Under the pieces are notes generated by a model that did not search any database, had not been told where the DNA came from, and saw only the letters and a program-made list of their open reading frames with translations. This document shows positions 20,039-29,788 of a DNA stretch of 64,000 bases, one piece after another. Source of the stretch: Candidatus Bathyarchaeota archaeon (GTDB lineage: Archaea; Thermoproteota; Bathyarchaeia; Bathyarchaeales; Bathycorpusculaceae); contig CAWFFH010000003.1 of NCBI GenBank assembly GCA_963815095.1, forward strand, positions 224,001 to 288,000, read 5' to 3'. Positions within the stretch are counted from its first letter, which is position 1; each line of letters starts with the position of its first letter. A program made the translations under genes and the position numbers.

Positions 20039-22453
20039 TTATTCTTCGACCTTTTTGTGTTGCGTCTGGGCGCCGGGGTATTCTTTAAGTTTTTCTGCCA
20101 TTTCCCGCAACTGCTTATCAACAAGATAGTTTACTGTTCCTTCATCGTAGGTTCCATCTGCTCGCCGCTCGCCTGCCTTTGTTCCTGTAAGCACTTCAAT
20201 GCCTTCGTCGATTGTTTTAACCGAGTAAACGTTGAATTTGCCTTCTTTAACCGCGTCCACAACTTCTTCTTTGAGCATCAGGTTTTGTACGTTGCTGTCA
20301 GGAATCATAACGCCCTGCTGGCCAGTTAATCCTTTGGCTTTGCATACTTCGAAGAAACCTTCAATTTTCTCATTTACTCCGCCGATGGCTTGGACTTCTC
20401 CTTTTTGGTTAACCGAGCCAGTGACGGCTAAGTTTTGTTTTATTGGCAATCCACTGAGGGAGGAGAGAATCGAGTAGAGTTCCGTGCTTGAAGCGCTGTC
20501 GCCTTCGACACCTTCATAATTCTGCTCAAACACAAGTCTTGCAGAGAGACTCAAAAGCTTGTCTTTGGCGTATTTGTCGTTTAAGTAACCACTGAGAATC
20601 AAGACCCCTTTAGTGTGGATAGGTCCGCCCATTTTGGCTTCACGTTCAATGTCCATTACACCTTCTCGTCCCAAACCGATGCTTACGGTCACGCGTGAAG
20701 GCATTCCAAAAGCAAAATCACCCAGTCCCATAACGGACAACCCGTTCACTTGCCCAACTTTCTGATCAACCGTATCAATCAAGAAGAAACCTCTCGTGAT
20801 CATCTCTTGAATTTTTTCTTGTATAAGTTTTGATCGGTAAATCTTTTCTTCAATGGCTTTTCTAACATGGATTCCTGTTATGTAATCTGCGTTTTCTTGC
20901 GTTGCGTAATAGTTGGATTCGCGAATTATGTCGGCGATGGCTGAGAACTGAGTTGATAGTTTGTATTGGTCTTCTATAATCCTTGAACTATATTCAACCA
21001 GTTTTGCCAGTGCGCTGCCGGCGAGGTGTTTTAAGCCTTCTTTATCGCAAAGACCGCAGACGAAGGATCCGTATTGGAGTACTTTTTCGTCTGTTCTTGG
21101 CATGGTTGAGTCGAATTCTGCTTTTATCTTGAAGAGTTCTTGGAAATCCGGGTCTAAGCTGAACATTAGTTGGTAAAGGTAAGGTGTGCCAATTAGGATT
21201 ATTTTGGTAGATAACGGGATGGGTTGAGGCTTGATTGTTTTGACGCTTAAAAATCCGTAACGTTCTTCGGGTTCTTCAATAGACATTTTTTGGTCTTTAA
21301 TGTCGCGTTTTAAGCCATCATAGGAGAGTGGGTTTCGAAGCAAATCTTCAACGGGGACGATTAGGTAGCCACCGTTGGCTTTATGGATCGATCCTGCGCG
21401 AATCATGGTGAAATCGGTTGTGAGGGCGCCGAACTGAGCTTCTTTCTCAGTTCTGCCAAGCAAGTTGTGGTAGGTTGGATTAGTTTCGACGACGACTGGC
21501 GCTCCCGTAGTGCTTGAGTTGTCAATGATTAAGTTTACTTCATATTTCTTATAGGGTTCTTCTTTCATCCAGGGCATCGCAAAAGGAAATTGAGGTTCAG
21601 GTTCACCGCGCCTAATGAACTGTTGCAGATTATCCAAGATGTTGTTTTCTACTTCTTTGAGGTATGCTGCAACTTCAGAAGTATCCTTATACTTTTCAAT
21701 AAGGCTCTCCAACTGGTTTCCCAAAGCGTAGAGGGCAACTTCCTTGTTTAGCTTCTTTAGGGCTTCATGTATTTTACGTTCCATATCAATTAACTGACGC
21801 ATGGTGTTTCGGAATTCTGATTCCAATTTTTCTCTTTTTTCATTAATTTTATCTTTTGTTTTTGGAGGCAGAGCGAGCATTTCTTCTTCGCTGAGTGGTT
21901 TACCATCCAACACTGGAATGAGAAGTATACCCATTGGAGTTGTCTGAATTACGAATCCTTCACTTTGGGCTTTTACGCTTAACTCGTCAATTAACTTTTT
22001 TCGTTGGTCTTCTAATTCTTTAATTGTAACTTCTCGTCGGGCTATGTAATCGTCGCTTTCAAACGCCTTCGGAAGCGCCGTTTTAACGTTCTCAATGAAG
22101 TTTTTCATATCTTCGCGGAAATCTTTGCCCTTTCCCGCCGGCAACTTTATGGCTTTGGGTTCATACTGGTTGCCAAAATTGTTTACGTAGCACCAATCTG
22201 GCGGAACAGATTGGACCTTGGCTTGAGCTTCCACGAAATTTTTCACTGCGGTTTTTCTGCCCGTTCCAGGATAACCAGCCACATACACGTTGAAGCCGTG
22301 ATCTTTTATCCCTAATCCGAATTTTAAGGCTCGGACAGCCCTTTCTTGACCTATAATTTCATTGAGCGGAACAAGTTCCTTAGTAGATTCACACTTCATG
22401 AAATTAGCATCACAAACATTCCTAAGTTTCTCTACGGGTAATTGATTAACCAA
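20039..22453 (-). CDS. Lon-like protease, LonC/AAA_32 type
   Basis: IGQERA, degenerate Walker A GYPGTGRK, ANGGYL, GQVNGL, catalytic GDSAS and NEKIEG. No TM insertion; TTG at 22453 after GGAGGA. Confidence 0.92.
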   Translation of the reverse strand: MVNQLPVEKLRNVCDANFMKCESTKELVPLNEIIGQERAVRALKFGLGIKDHGFNVYVAGYPGTGRKTAVKNFVEAQAKVQSVPPDWCYVNNFGNQYEPKAIKLPAGKGKDFREDMKNFIENVKTALPKAFESDDYIARREVTIKELEDQRKKLIDELSVKAQSEGFVIQTTPMGILLIPVLDGKPLSEEEMLALPPKTKDKINEKREKLESEFRNTMRQLIDMERKIHEALKKLNKEVALYALGNQLESLIEKYKDTSEVAAYLKEVENNILDNLQQFIRRGEPEPQFPFAMPWMKEEPYKKYEVNLIIDNSSTTGAPVVVETNPTYHNLLGRTEKEAQFGALTTDFTMIRAGSIHKANGGYLIVPVEDLLRNPLSYDGLKRDIKDQKMSIEEPEERYGFLSVKTIKPQPIPLSTKIILIGTPYLYQLMFSLDPDFQELFKIKAEFDSTMPRTDEKVLQYGSFVCGLCDKEGLKHLAGSALAKLVEYSSRIIEDQYKLSTQFSAIADIIRESNYYATQENADYITGIHVRKAIEEKIYRSKLIQEKIQEMITRGFFLIDTVDQKVGQVNGLSVMGLGDFAFGMPSRVTVSIGLGREGVMDIEREAKMGGPIHTKGVLILSGYLNDKYAKDKLLSLSARLVFEQNYEGVEGDSASSTELYSILSSLSGLPIKQNLAVTGSVNQKGEVQAIGGVNEKIEGFFEVCKAKGLTGQQGVMIPDSNVQNLMLKEEVVDAVKEGKFNVYSVKTIDEGIEVLTGTKAGERRADGTYDEGTVNYLVDKQLREMAEKLKEYPGAQTQHKKVEE

Positions 22454-22679
22454 AACGAAATCCTCCAATAAGTCTACTTTAAAAAACACACCTTAAACTT
22501 TTAACCCTTTCTACCAAGCGACAACATGCTATAACGACTAAATATAGTTACATATGTTACTTTTATGCAAGTTATGAATCCAACAAATTAAGTCAACCAT
22601 GGAAAATATCTATTTAGTATTCATATTCTCTGTTAACAAACCTTATTTTGGTTAGATGAGTAAACAATCTTGATGCAAA

Positions 22680-22847
22680 TTGGGCTTAAACGAAAAAATT
22701 TTAGGTTCTTTCGCTCTTATGTTTCTTAGCGTAGGTTGCGTTCCAGCCTATTTTGATCATATGTTCTATGCGGATATATTATGGATGATTGGTTTTGCCA
22801 TAATGAACATCCATGTTTTCATTTTATCGCGCAGAACAAAAATCTAA
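22680..22847 (+). CDS. Small two-TM membrane protein (55 aa)
   Basis: Hand translation MGLNEKILGSFALMFLSVGCVPAYFDHMFYADILWMIGFAIMNIHVFILSRRTKI. Confidence 0.4.
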   Translation: MGLNEKILGSFALMFLSVGCVPAYFDHMFYADILWMIGFAIMNIHVFILSRRTKI

Positions 22848-22980
22848 ACTGCATCCCGAAAAAATGAATAATTTCTTTAATCAAAGTCAGTAAAAATAAT
22901 TTATGCCGCATGAGAAGCGACAGTTGGGATATACTTGTCGTATACCTTTGCTACCATCTTTCACTGCATGCAGTTTCTGG

Positions 22981-23169
22981 CTAAATCTTTGATTGTACTC
23001 TGCCTACTTTGCCGTCTGTAAGCCGTACTTTGATGCCGTGAGGGTGGGTTGGGCTACTGGTTAAGATGTCTTTTACGGTACCTTCGGTTAATTTACCGCT
23101 GTGTTGGTCTTGCTTTAGGACGATTTTTACGCGGGTACCAGGCTTAATCTGGATTCTTGAAGGTTGCAT
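22981..23169 (-). CDS. YwbE/DUF2196 family protein
   Basis: IVLKQDQ.SGKLTEG.VKDILT.SP.HPHGIKVRL.DG.VGRV. Confidence 0.9.
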   Translation of the reverse strand: MQPSRIQIKPGTRVKIVLKQDQHSGKLTEGTVKDILTSSPTHPHGIKVRLTDGKVGRVQSKI

Positions 23170-23223
23170 TTGAGATAAAATGGTACTTCGAAGTTTATGT
23201 GCATTCTCATGGTATAGTCCATG

Positions 23224-23772
23224 TTATTGGTTTAGTTTTGCGAAGTGTTCTAGGGTTTCTTGGTTGCGTACTTCAGGGTGGAATAGGACGCCGTAGATGT
23301 TTTCTTGTTTGTGTTTTATAGCTTGGATACATTTTGTGGACTCCGCAAACGTTTCAAATTTTTTGGAAGATTCAACTGAATAGTTGTGGAGTGTATAAGC
23401 CTTGAAGTCGCCTTGAAAGAGCGGGTTTTCTTTTAGAGTAGAGATTTCCGCCATTCCAATCTGCAGGATAGTCGTCAAAGGGACCTCGAAAACTAAGGCG
23501 ATGGTTTGCATTCCAGCACAGATTCCCAAAATAGGTTTGTTGCAAGTTTTTATCCAATTGAATTTGTCTATTTGCTTGAGGGTTGCGTGGTCTTTGAGGG
23601 CTGTTCCCGATAGGATAATCTTGCTATAACCATCAAGAACAGTAGTGTTAACGTCCAAAAAATGTTTTACTACGCAGTCCTCAAACGGCTGAACCACTGA
23701 AACAATGGGGGAAACAAACTCGTAAAACGCCAACGAATCCCGTTTCCAGTTCATATCAACAATCAGAATCAT
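23224..23772 (-). CDS. Class I glutamine amidotransferase, standalone
   Basis: IILSG, PILGICAGMQ (catalytic Cys), H.YSV, GVLFHPE (His-Glu). Overlaps the dph6 stop by 4 nt. Confidence 0.9.
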   Translation of the reverse strand: MILIVDMNWKRDSLAFYEFVSPIVSVVQPFEDCVVKHFLDVNTTVLDGYSKIILSGTALKDHATLKQIDKFNWIKTCNKPILGICAGMQTIALVFEVPLTTILQIGMAEISTLKENPLFQGDFKAYTLHNYSVESSKKFETFAESTKCIQAIKHKQENIYGVLFHPEVRNQETLEHFAKLNQ

Positions 23773-24449
23773 TTGGGAACCAGCCGAGCCTCCCTAATTT
23801 GATAAACCCCACAGTTACCCTTCGCCTCAACAACGGAGTCAAGGATTTCTATTTTCTGCTTAAACATCGGGGTATCCAATACGGTTGTTTCAATCTCCCC
23901 GCCTTCTCCAGAAGGGCTGATACCGTATTGCCCTTGAAGCTCCACCAACCGCCCAATCACAGATGGGTCTATTTGTTTTCCAAGCCACGTCTCATCTAGC
24001 GGATAAGCAAAAATTCCTGAAATCATCACCTTGAAGTTTTTCACAAGCAACGTTTCCAATAGTTCTTTCTGGTCGTGCTTCCATAACGGGTTGAAACACC
24101 AGATATCAAGACGGTTGCAGATCCGTTGAACCCGTGATGCTTGATAAACCGACTCTACCGCTCCCGTTACCACGCCATCAATTTGGAATCTGTTTTTAGC
24201 CTCGCAGATTGCTTTCTCCAAATCGGATAGTTCCTCTTCTTTTTTCCCCTCTGTAATCACCGAAATCAGAGGCAACCCCAACGCTTCCGCCTGCAATGCA
24301 GTAACATCAATATTGGGCGTATGGAACATGTAGCTTTCCTTGTTCTTAGAAACTACAGTGATTAGGCAAACTATCTCCTCTTTTTCCGCTGCCAGTTGCA
24401 ATGCAAAAGTTGAATCCTTGCCACCTGAAAACAGAACTCCCAATCGCAT
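23769..24449 (-). CDS. dph6: Diphthine-ammonia ligase (PP-loop)
   Basis: LFSGGKDS, SYMFH, GAVES.YQ..R, PLW, GEGGE.ET.VLD.PMF. Confidence 0.92.
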   Translation of the reverse strand: MRLGVLFSGGKDSTFALQLAAEKEEIVCLITVVSKNKESYMFHTPNIDVTALQAEALGLPLISVITEGKKEEELSDLEKAICEAKNRFQIDGVVTGAVESVYQASRVQRICNRLDIWCFNPLWKHDQKELLETLLVKNFKVMISGIFAYPLDETWLGKQIDPSVIGRLVELQGQYGISPSGEGGEIETTVLDTPMFKQKIEILDSVVEAKGNCGVYQIREARLVPK

Positions 24450-24753
24450 AACTTATCCTAACGCAGAAACCCCTTATATACACTGCAACGAGAATTTTCA
24501 GCTTAACTTAAGTTGCACTGTGGGAAAAGTGGAGTCTAATATGTTTCTAAATCAAAAAATAATAAAGCTTTACAAAAATATTCTATAAAATGCAAAGTTA
24601 CATATCAATTGTTTTAAAAGAAAACGGTATTCCGGCTCAGATTTCGCTGACCTCACCAAAATACGGGGAGAGACAAAAGTGTTAAATCCCTAATGCCGGA
24701 TTAAACCGAATTATGAAAATAACTCTCGACGTTTCCAGCTTTAGTTTTAACTG

Positions 24754-25866
24754 TTGATTGAGGTAATCACTATTCAGAACAGCTCTGACTTGAAAACCAG
24801 CGGATTTCCGCTCCCAGTGGACCTCATCAGAACAATTGCCATTATTCTAGTTGTAACCTATCATGTTGTTAACCAAAATTGGATTGTGGGGCAACAGAAT
24901 GCTACTCAATATTTGGTGATCTGGTCAAACACAAGCTTTTATTATTCATTTGCTCCGTTGGGCGTTCCATTGTTTCTAATGTTGACTGGTGCCCTTTTGC
25001 TGCAACCATCAAAGTTGGATGAACCAATTAGGGTGTTTTTCAAAAAACGGCTTGCCCGCATTGGTATAGCCTTCGTTTTTTGGAGTGTCATCTATTTCCT
25101 TTGGAGCTATTTTGTGGATCATGCGGCTCTTACTACTTATTCTATAACGCAGTCGCTTTTGGTGGGCGGTCCTTACTACCAGTTTTGGTATATTTACCTA
25201 CTCGTGGGTCTTTACTTGATAACGCCAATCTTGCGTGCTGTGGCAAAGTACCCTGACAAAAAAATCATGCCCTATCTCATCACTCTGTGGTTTGTAGCTG
25301 CTTCCGTGCCGCCGCTTCTTCATTTAGTCACTGGCCTTGCTATGGACAACACTCTTCTCTTGTTAGGAGGATATATTGGATATTTTGTCTTAGGTGCCTA
25401 CCTGATCGAAGTTAAGGTCAAAACTAAAGTTTTGAGTATGATCTTGGTGGCATGCGTGGTATTGACGTTTGTTGGTTTGTATTTGATGAATTTTCCTTTT
25501 CGTAACTTGGGTAATTATTATTTCTTCGATGGGTACATGTCGATGAACGTTATTTTGGCTTCTGTTGCCGCTTTCCTGTTACTAAGCAAGGTTCGAAGCG
25601 ATTGGCCTGGAAATAATAATCCGTGGTTCAATCGCTTGGTGCAAGCGATCAGCGCGAATACTTTACCCATCTTTTTCTTGCACCCTATAATCGTTGCAAT
25701 AATCAACAGAGCCATAATAGGCTTCCAAGTTATGTTTTTCATTGCGCCTCCAATCTACATTCCAATAGTTGCTGTTCCCATAGCGGTTGTCTCTACCCTG
25801 TTTATTTGCTTGGGCTTAATTATAGCAATGAAGAAAGTTCCGGTTCTCAAAAAACTAATCGGTTAA
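24754..25866 (+). CDS. Acyltransferase family 3 O-acetyltransferase, paralog of 9773..10942
   Basis: PVDLIRT.AI, GVPLFLMLTGALLLQPSK, KKRLARIG, FWYIY, C-terminal MKKVPVLKKLIG. Start uncertain. Confidence 0.88.
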   Translation: MIEVITIQNSSDLKTSGFPLPVDLIRTIAIILVVTYHVVNQNWIVGQQNATQYLVIWSNTSFYYSFAPLGVPLFLMLTGALLLQPSKLDEPIRVFFKKRLARIGIAFVFWSVIYFLWSYFVDHAALTTYSITQSLLVGGPYYQFWYIYLLVGLYLITPILRAVAKYPDKKIMPYLITLWFVAASVPPLLHLVTGLAMDNTLLLLGGYIGYFVLGAYLIEVKVKTKVLSMILVACVVLTFVGLYLMNFPFRNLGNYYFFDGYMSMNVILASVAAFLLLSKVRSDWPGNNNPWFNRLVQAISANTLPIFFLHPIIVAIINRAIIGFQVMFFIAPPIYIPIVAVPIAVVSTLFICLGLIIAMKKVPVLKKLIG

Positions 25867-25918
25867 AACAGAGCCTCGAGGAGGCGAGTTTGGGCATAAA
25901 TTAAATAAGGTTTAGTCG

Positions 25919-26599
25919 ATGAACCTAATTAATATGAAATTGAACAAACAAAAAATCTTCGTGGCAACCGCAGTTGTCCTAATACTTGCGTTGGTAGGCA
26001 CAGTCATTTTTCAGTCCTTTGAATTAAACTCTGCCCGCTCTATCCGTGTTGCCTGTGTTGGCGACAGCATAACAGCGGGAACCGAATACTCAATTGATTT
26101 GTGGAATTTGCTTGGACCAAATTATAATGTAGGGAACTTAGGCATAGGCGGAGCCACAGTAACCCTGAATTTAGGAACAGGCTACAATACCTCATTTGCT
26201 TTTAAAGTGGCGAAACAGTTCCAACCAAACATCGTAATCATTATGTTGGGAACCAATGATGCAAAAGCCTCCCTCAATGAAACCAATGCAATATTCATCA
26301 GAGACTATGAACTGATCGTGCGCGAGTTTCAATCGTTACCCAACAAACCCTCCGTGTGGGTTGTACTGCCGCCCCCAATCTTTAACAACACTGTAGGGGT
26401 GAGTGAACAACTTCTTGAGCAAAATGTTATGCCAAACATCAGGGAGATTGCTAACGAGATGGGAACTGGGTTGATAGATGTACATTCGACGTTGATTGAT
26501 CACCCGGAGTTGTTCTTAGATGGAGTGCATCCGAGTTCTGATGGCGCCAAGTTAATTGCCAAAACCATTTACAATGCGTTAAGTTCAGCAAATAATTAA
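25919..26599 (+). CDS. Membrane-anchored SGNH/GDSL hydrolase
   Basis: TM, then GDSIT, NLGIGG, LGTND, DGVHP. Confidence 0.92.
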   Translation: MNLINMKLNKQKIFVATAVVLILALVGTVIFQSFELNSARSIRVACVGDSITAGTEYSIDLWNLLGPNYNVGNLGIGGATVTLNLGTGYNTSFAFKVAKQFQPNIVIIMLGTNDAKASLNETNAIFIRDYELIVREFQSLPNKPSVWVVLPPPIFNNTVGVSEQLLEQNVMPNIREIANEMGTGLIDVHSTLIDHPELFLDGVHPSSDGAKLIAKTIYNALSSANN

Positions 26600-26641
26600 T
26601 CGCTAAAAAAGATACATAATAAAGGAAAAAAATAGGTCTGT

Positions 26642-27835
26642 TTAGACCTTAACGTCGCAGACGTTGTCGATTTTCTTTAGAACCTCAAGTGTTGCATGGT
26701 CAACTTTCTTGTGCAGGACGTACACTGAGATGGCGTAGCCGCTTTTTCCGATTTGCCGCGAATAGTTCGCTCGGATGTTGATGTCGCTGTCCGCTAATAC
26801 CTTGTCGATGCTAGCAAAAACTCCTGGAACATCTCGGTGATGGATGAAGAGCGTGTGAACGGCTTTTTCTTCCACTTCTATGCTTTCGCCAGCGTTCACG
26901 GCGTTGGTGAAGTCTCCGCCTAAAAGGTATCCTGAAATGACCCGGGCAATCTCGGTTGATGTTTCACGTTGTGCTTCTGCGGTTGATGCGCCAAGATGGC
27001 TACTCAACACGATGTTTTGGAGTTCTTTTAGTTGGTCTTTGAATTCGGCGCCTTCACCTTTGGGTTCTTCTTGGTACACATCAGTTGCGGCTCCCGCGAT
27101 TTTGCCTTCTTTTAGCGCTTTGTAGAGTGCTTGTTGGTCAATGTTACTGCCTCGTGAAGTATTGATTACATAAGCGGTAGGTTTCATGAGGGCGAATTCT
27201 TTTTCGCCGATTACAGCCTCTTTGCCTCCCGTGTGAAGGCTGATATAATCAGCTTTTGCGAGAACTTCCTCTTTACTCATGAATTTTATTCCTGACTCTA
27301 AGCATGGCTTAATGTCGTAGCCAATGACTTCCATATCGAAGGCGCGCCTGGCTATTTGAGCTACTTTCTGACCGATTCTGCCACAGCCCAAAAGCCCCAA
27401 CGTTTTGTACGCAAGTTCGGTGCCTTTGAGGCTGTCTTTTTTCCAAACCCCATTCTTGAGTGAGGCGTGGGCTTGGGGGGTTTTTCTTGAAATACTTAGC
27501 ATTAAACCTATGGTTAATTCTGCAACAGCGTTAGTGCTGCCGTACGGCGCAATCTTTACGACGATACCGAATTCTGAAGCCGCAGCCGCATCAATGTTAT
27601 CGTATCCAACGCCTGCTCTACCGACAATTTTGAGTTTGCCTTTGGCACCTGCTTCCAAAACCTCACGCGTAACTTTAGTAGCGCTACGGACAACTAATGC
27701 GTCAAACTGGCCAATCTCACCAACAAGAGCGGCTAAATCGCGCTTTTTTGTGTCTGTTTCTATGCCTGCTTCTTGGAAGAGCTTTAGGCCTTCCTTCTCT
27801 AAACCATCGTTCAACAGTACCTTCATGCTTAGCAT
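26642..27835 (-). CDS. serA: D-3-phosphoglycerate dehydrogenase with ACT domain
   Basis: VRSATKV, RAGVGYDNID, GCGRIG, NTSRG, DVY..EP, HLGAST.EAQ, C-terminal H.DVPGV (ACT). Confidence 0.9.
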   Translation of the reverse strand: MLSMKVLLNDGLEKEGLKLFQEAGIETDTKKRDLAALVGEIGQFDALVVRSATKVTREVLEAGAKGKLKIVGRAGVGYDNIDAAAASEFGIVVKIAPYGSTNAVAELTIGLMLSISRKTPQAHASLKNGVWKKDSLKGTELAYKTLGLLGCGRIGQKVAQIARRAFDMEVIGYDIKPCLESGIKFMSKEEVLAKADYISLHTGGKEAVIGEKEFALMKPTAYVINTSRGSNIDQQALYKALKEGKIAGAATDVYQEEPKGEGAEFKDQLKELQNIVLSSHLGASTAEAQRETSTEIARVISGYLLGGDFTNAVNAGESIEVEEKAVHTLFIHHRDVPGVFASIDKVLADSDINIRANYSRQIGKSGYAISVYVLHKKVDHATLEVLKKIDNVCDVKV

Positions 27836-27908
27836 CTCCAGTAAATATTAACTGAAAAGTTGATTGTTATTGTGGATAATAAAGTTCTCTGAATAAACGA
27901 TTTGTCAC

Positions 27909-28199
27909 TTATGCTTTTTGTTTGACTTTTGGAGAGTTTTTTGGTTTGCTGACTCTTGTAGCCATTATGTCATAGGTTGATTTTACGTGGCAGTAAGGAC
28001 ATTTTAGTGGTCTTCTGCCCCTGTAAAGAAGGGAAGTAATTGTGGCACCTGGGACCCAATGGAAATTGAAGCTTTTCCTGCAGTTTGGGCACGTTAATCG
28101 GGATGTGTAGTGTGGACCGTACCTTGGAAGCAACACAAAAAGTATCACGAAACCTATGGCGACAATTAAGAACAGAATCGATAGGGGATCGAATGTCAT
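27909..28199 (-). CDS. Membrane-anchored zinc-ribbon protein
   Basis: TM followed by CPNC...CPYC. Confidence 0.65.
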   Translation of the reverse strand: MTFDPLSILFLIVAIGFVILFVLLPRYGPHYTSRLTCPNCRKSFNFHWVPGATITSLLYRGRRPLKCPYCHVKSTYDIMATRVSKPKNSPKVKQKA

Positions 28200-28265
28200 A
28201 GGTTTTCAGTCCTAAAAGCGAAAAGTTGCTTAATTAATGTTTAGGGCAAAGAATGGGAATTGGGG

Positions 28266-29603
28266 TTAAACCTTTTTGATGTAGCTTAAGGCTTCTTCCA
28301 CATTTTGGAAACCATATTTTACGTTGCAAAACTCTTTCTTAAGTGTCAAAACATCAACTTTAACTTGGGCTGGGGTCCGTTTGCTCTTGATGACGTCAAG
28401 CATCAAGTCACAGAGATGTTTAACATCGCCTTCGCCAAAGCCCCTTCGGGTTATGTCTTGGAAACCAACCCGTAAGCCTGAGGGGTTTTCTTTTGTGCTT
28501 TGGTCATCGTAGGGAAGCAGGTTTTTGTTTAGGATGATGTTGGCGTCTTCGAGGTCTTGAGCGATTTTGTTTCCTCCTCCGTAACTTCGAATGTCAAGTG
28601 CAATCTGGTGTGACTTTGTGAAGCCTTTGTGTTCTGCGAGTACTTTAACTCCGTTTTCGCAGAGGTATTGCCCTGCGGTTTGGGCATTCTTGACTATTTG
28701 TTTTGCTAATTGAGGGCCAAAAACTTTCATTTCCAATGCAGCTATGCTCAGTGCAGGTAACCTGCCAAGATGGGTGCTTGAAGCGCTGAGTGGGAAAACT
28801 GCGAATTGTATCTTTTTTGCTGCTTTTTCCGTCGCTGGGCTGTTTGGGCTTCCCATTATAACTCCGCCTTGTGGTCCGGGGAAGGTTTTGTGGGTTGATG
28901 AGGTGATGAAGTCTGCGCCTTCGCGGAGGGGATCTTGGAATTGTCCGCCTGCAATTAAACCCAGTACGTGTGACGCATCATAGGCGATGTATGCGCCTAC
29001 TTCGTTGCAAACTTCTTTTAGTTCTTTTATCGGGTGCGGGAATAGGAAGAGACTGCCGCCGAAGGTAACGATCCCCGGTTTAGCTGCACGTATTACCCAA
29101 GCAGATTTTTCTGCATCTATGTTAAACTCGTCAATGTTGTAAATGTGATTAATGTTATCTAACCCAAGGATGTTGCCTGCTAAACCTGTGTAATCGTGAC
29201 TGATGTGTGCACCACAACTTAGTGGAGTGACAACCATCTTGTTATTTTTTGAAGCCATTGACAAACCCTTGAAAGTTGCAAGGTTTGCGTGTGTGCCTGA
29301 AACCAAGCGGACATCTGCCCAAGTGCTCCTAAAGAGATCTTTCATGATGTCTGTGGCAAGGTCTTCAATCTGGGACATGTATTTCTGCCCTTGATAATAC
29401 CGCTTCTTGACGTGACCTTGGGCGTCGTTGTCGCCTTCAGCATAGCGGCATGCGAGGTCATGTGAGAGGTCGAGCATTTGGTTGACGGCGGGGGATTTGA
29501 GTCCTTCGCTGGCGATCATGTTTATGCATTCTTTGTCGCGGTATTGTTCGTGTTTTTTTGTTGCTTCCACTATATCTGCGACTAAACTGGGCAGGTCGTT
29601 CAT
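28266..29603 (-). CDS. glyA: Serine hydroxymethyltransferase, archaeal type
   Basis: IASE, RYAEG, RYYQG, SGTHAN, GAHISH, YDASHV.GLIAGG, STHKTFPGPQGG, NKNLLP. Confidence 0.95.
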   Translation of the reverse strand: MNDLPSLVADIVEATKKHEQYRDKECINMIASEGLKSPAVNQMLDLSHDLACRYAEGDNDAQGHVKKRYYQGQKYMSQIEDLATDIMKDLFRSTWADVRLVSGTHANLATFKGLSMASKNNKMVVTPLSCGAHISHDYTGLAGNILGLDNINHIYNIDEFNIDAEKSAWVIRAAKPGIVTFGGSLFLFPHPIKELKEVCNEVGAYIAYDASHVLGLIAGGQFQDPLREGADFITSSTHKTFPGPQGGVIMGSPNSPATEKAAKKIQFAVFPLSASSTHLGRLPALSIAALEMKVFGPQLAKQIVKNAQTAGQYLCENGVKVLAEHKGFTKSHQIALDIRSYGGGNKIAQDLEDANIILNKNLLPYDDQSTKENPSGLRVGFQDITRRGFGEGDVKHLCDLMLDVIKSKRTPAQVKVDVLTLKKEFCNVKYGFQNVEEALSYIKKV

Positions 29604-29715
29604 TGTTTTACCTCTGCTGAGTATCAACGGAATTAGGCTTAGCAGTATTTAGCCGTTACTGGGAGCGGATGGTTATTGAAAGATTGTTTGGTGCGATGTT
29701 TCATGGACGTTATTT

Positions 29716-29771
29716 TTTAGGTGTGCCTAAACATTTATATGGTTTGGAGGTAGGATTTAGGTATACCTAAA
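29716..29771. promoter_or_regulatory. Two DtxR/MntR-type operator palindromes flanking the TATA box
   Basis: TTTAGGTGTGCCTAAA (29716-29731) and perfect TTTAGGTATACCTAAA (29756-29771) around TTTATAT, upstream of the DtxR-feoB operon. Confidence 0.85.
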
Positions 29772-29788
29772 AAAACAGGCGGAACAAA

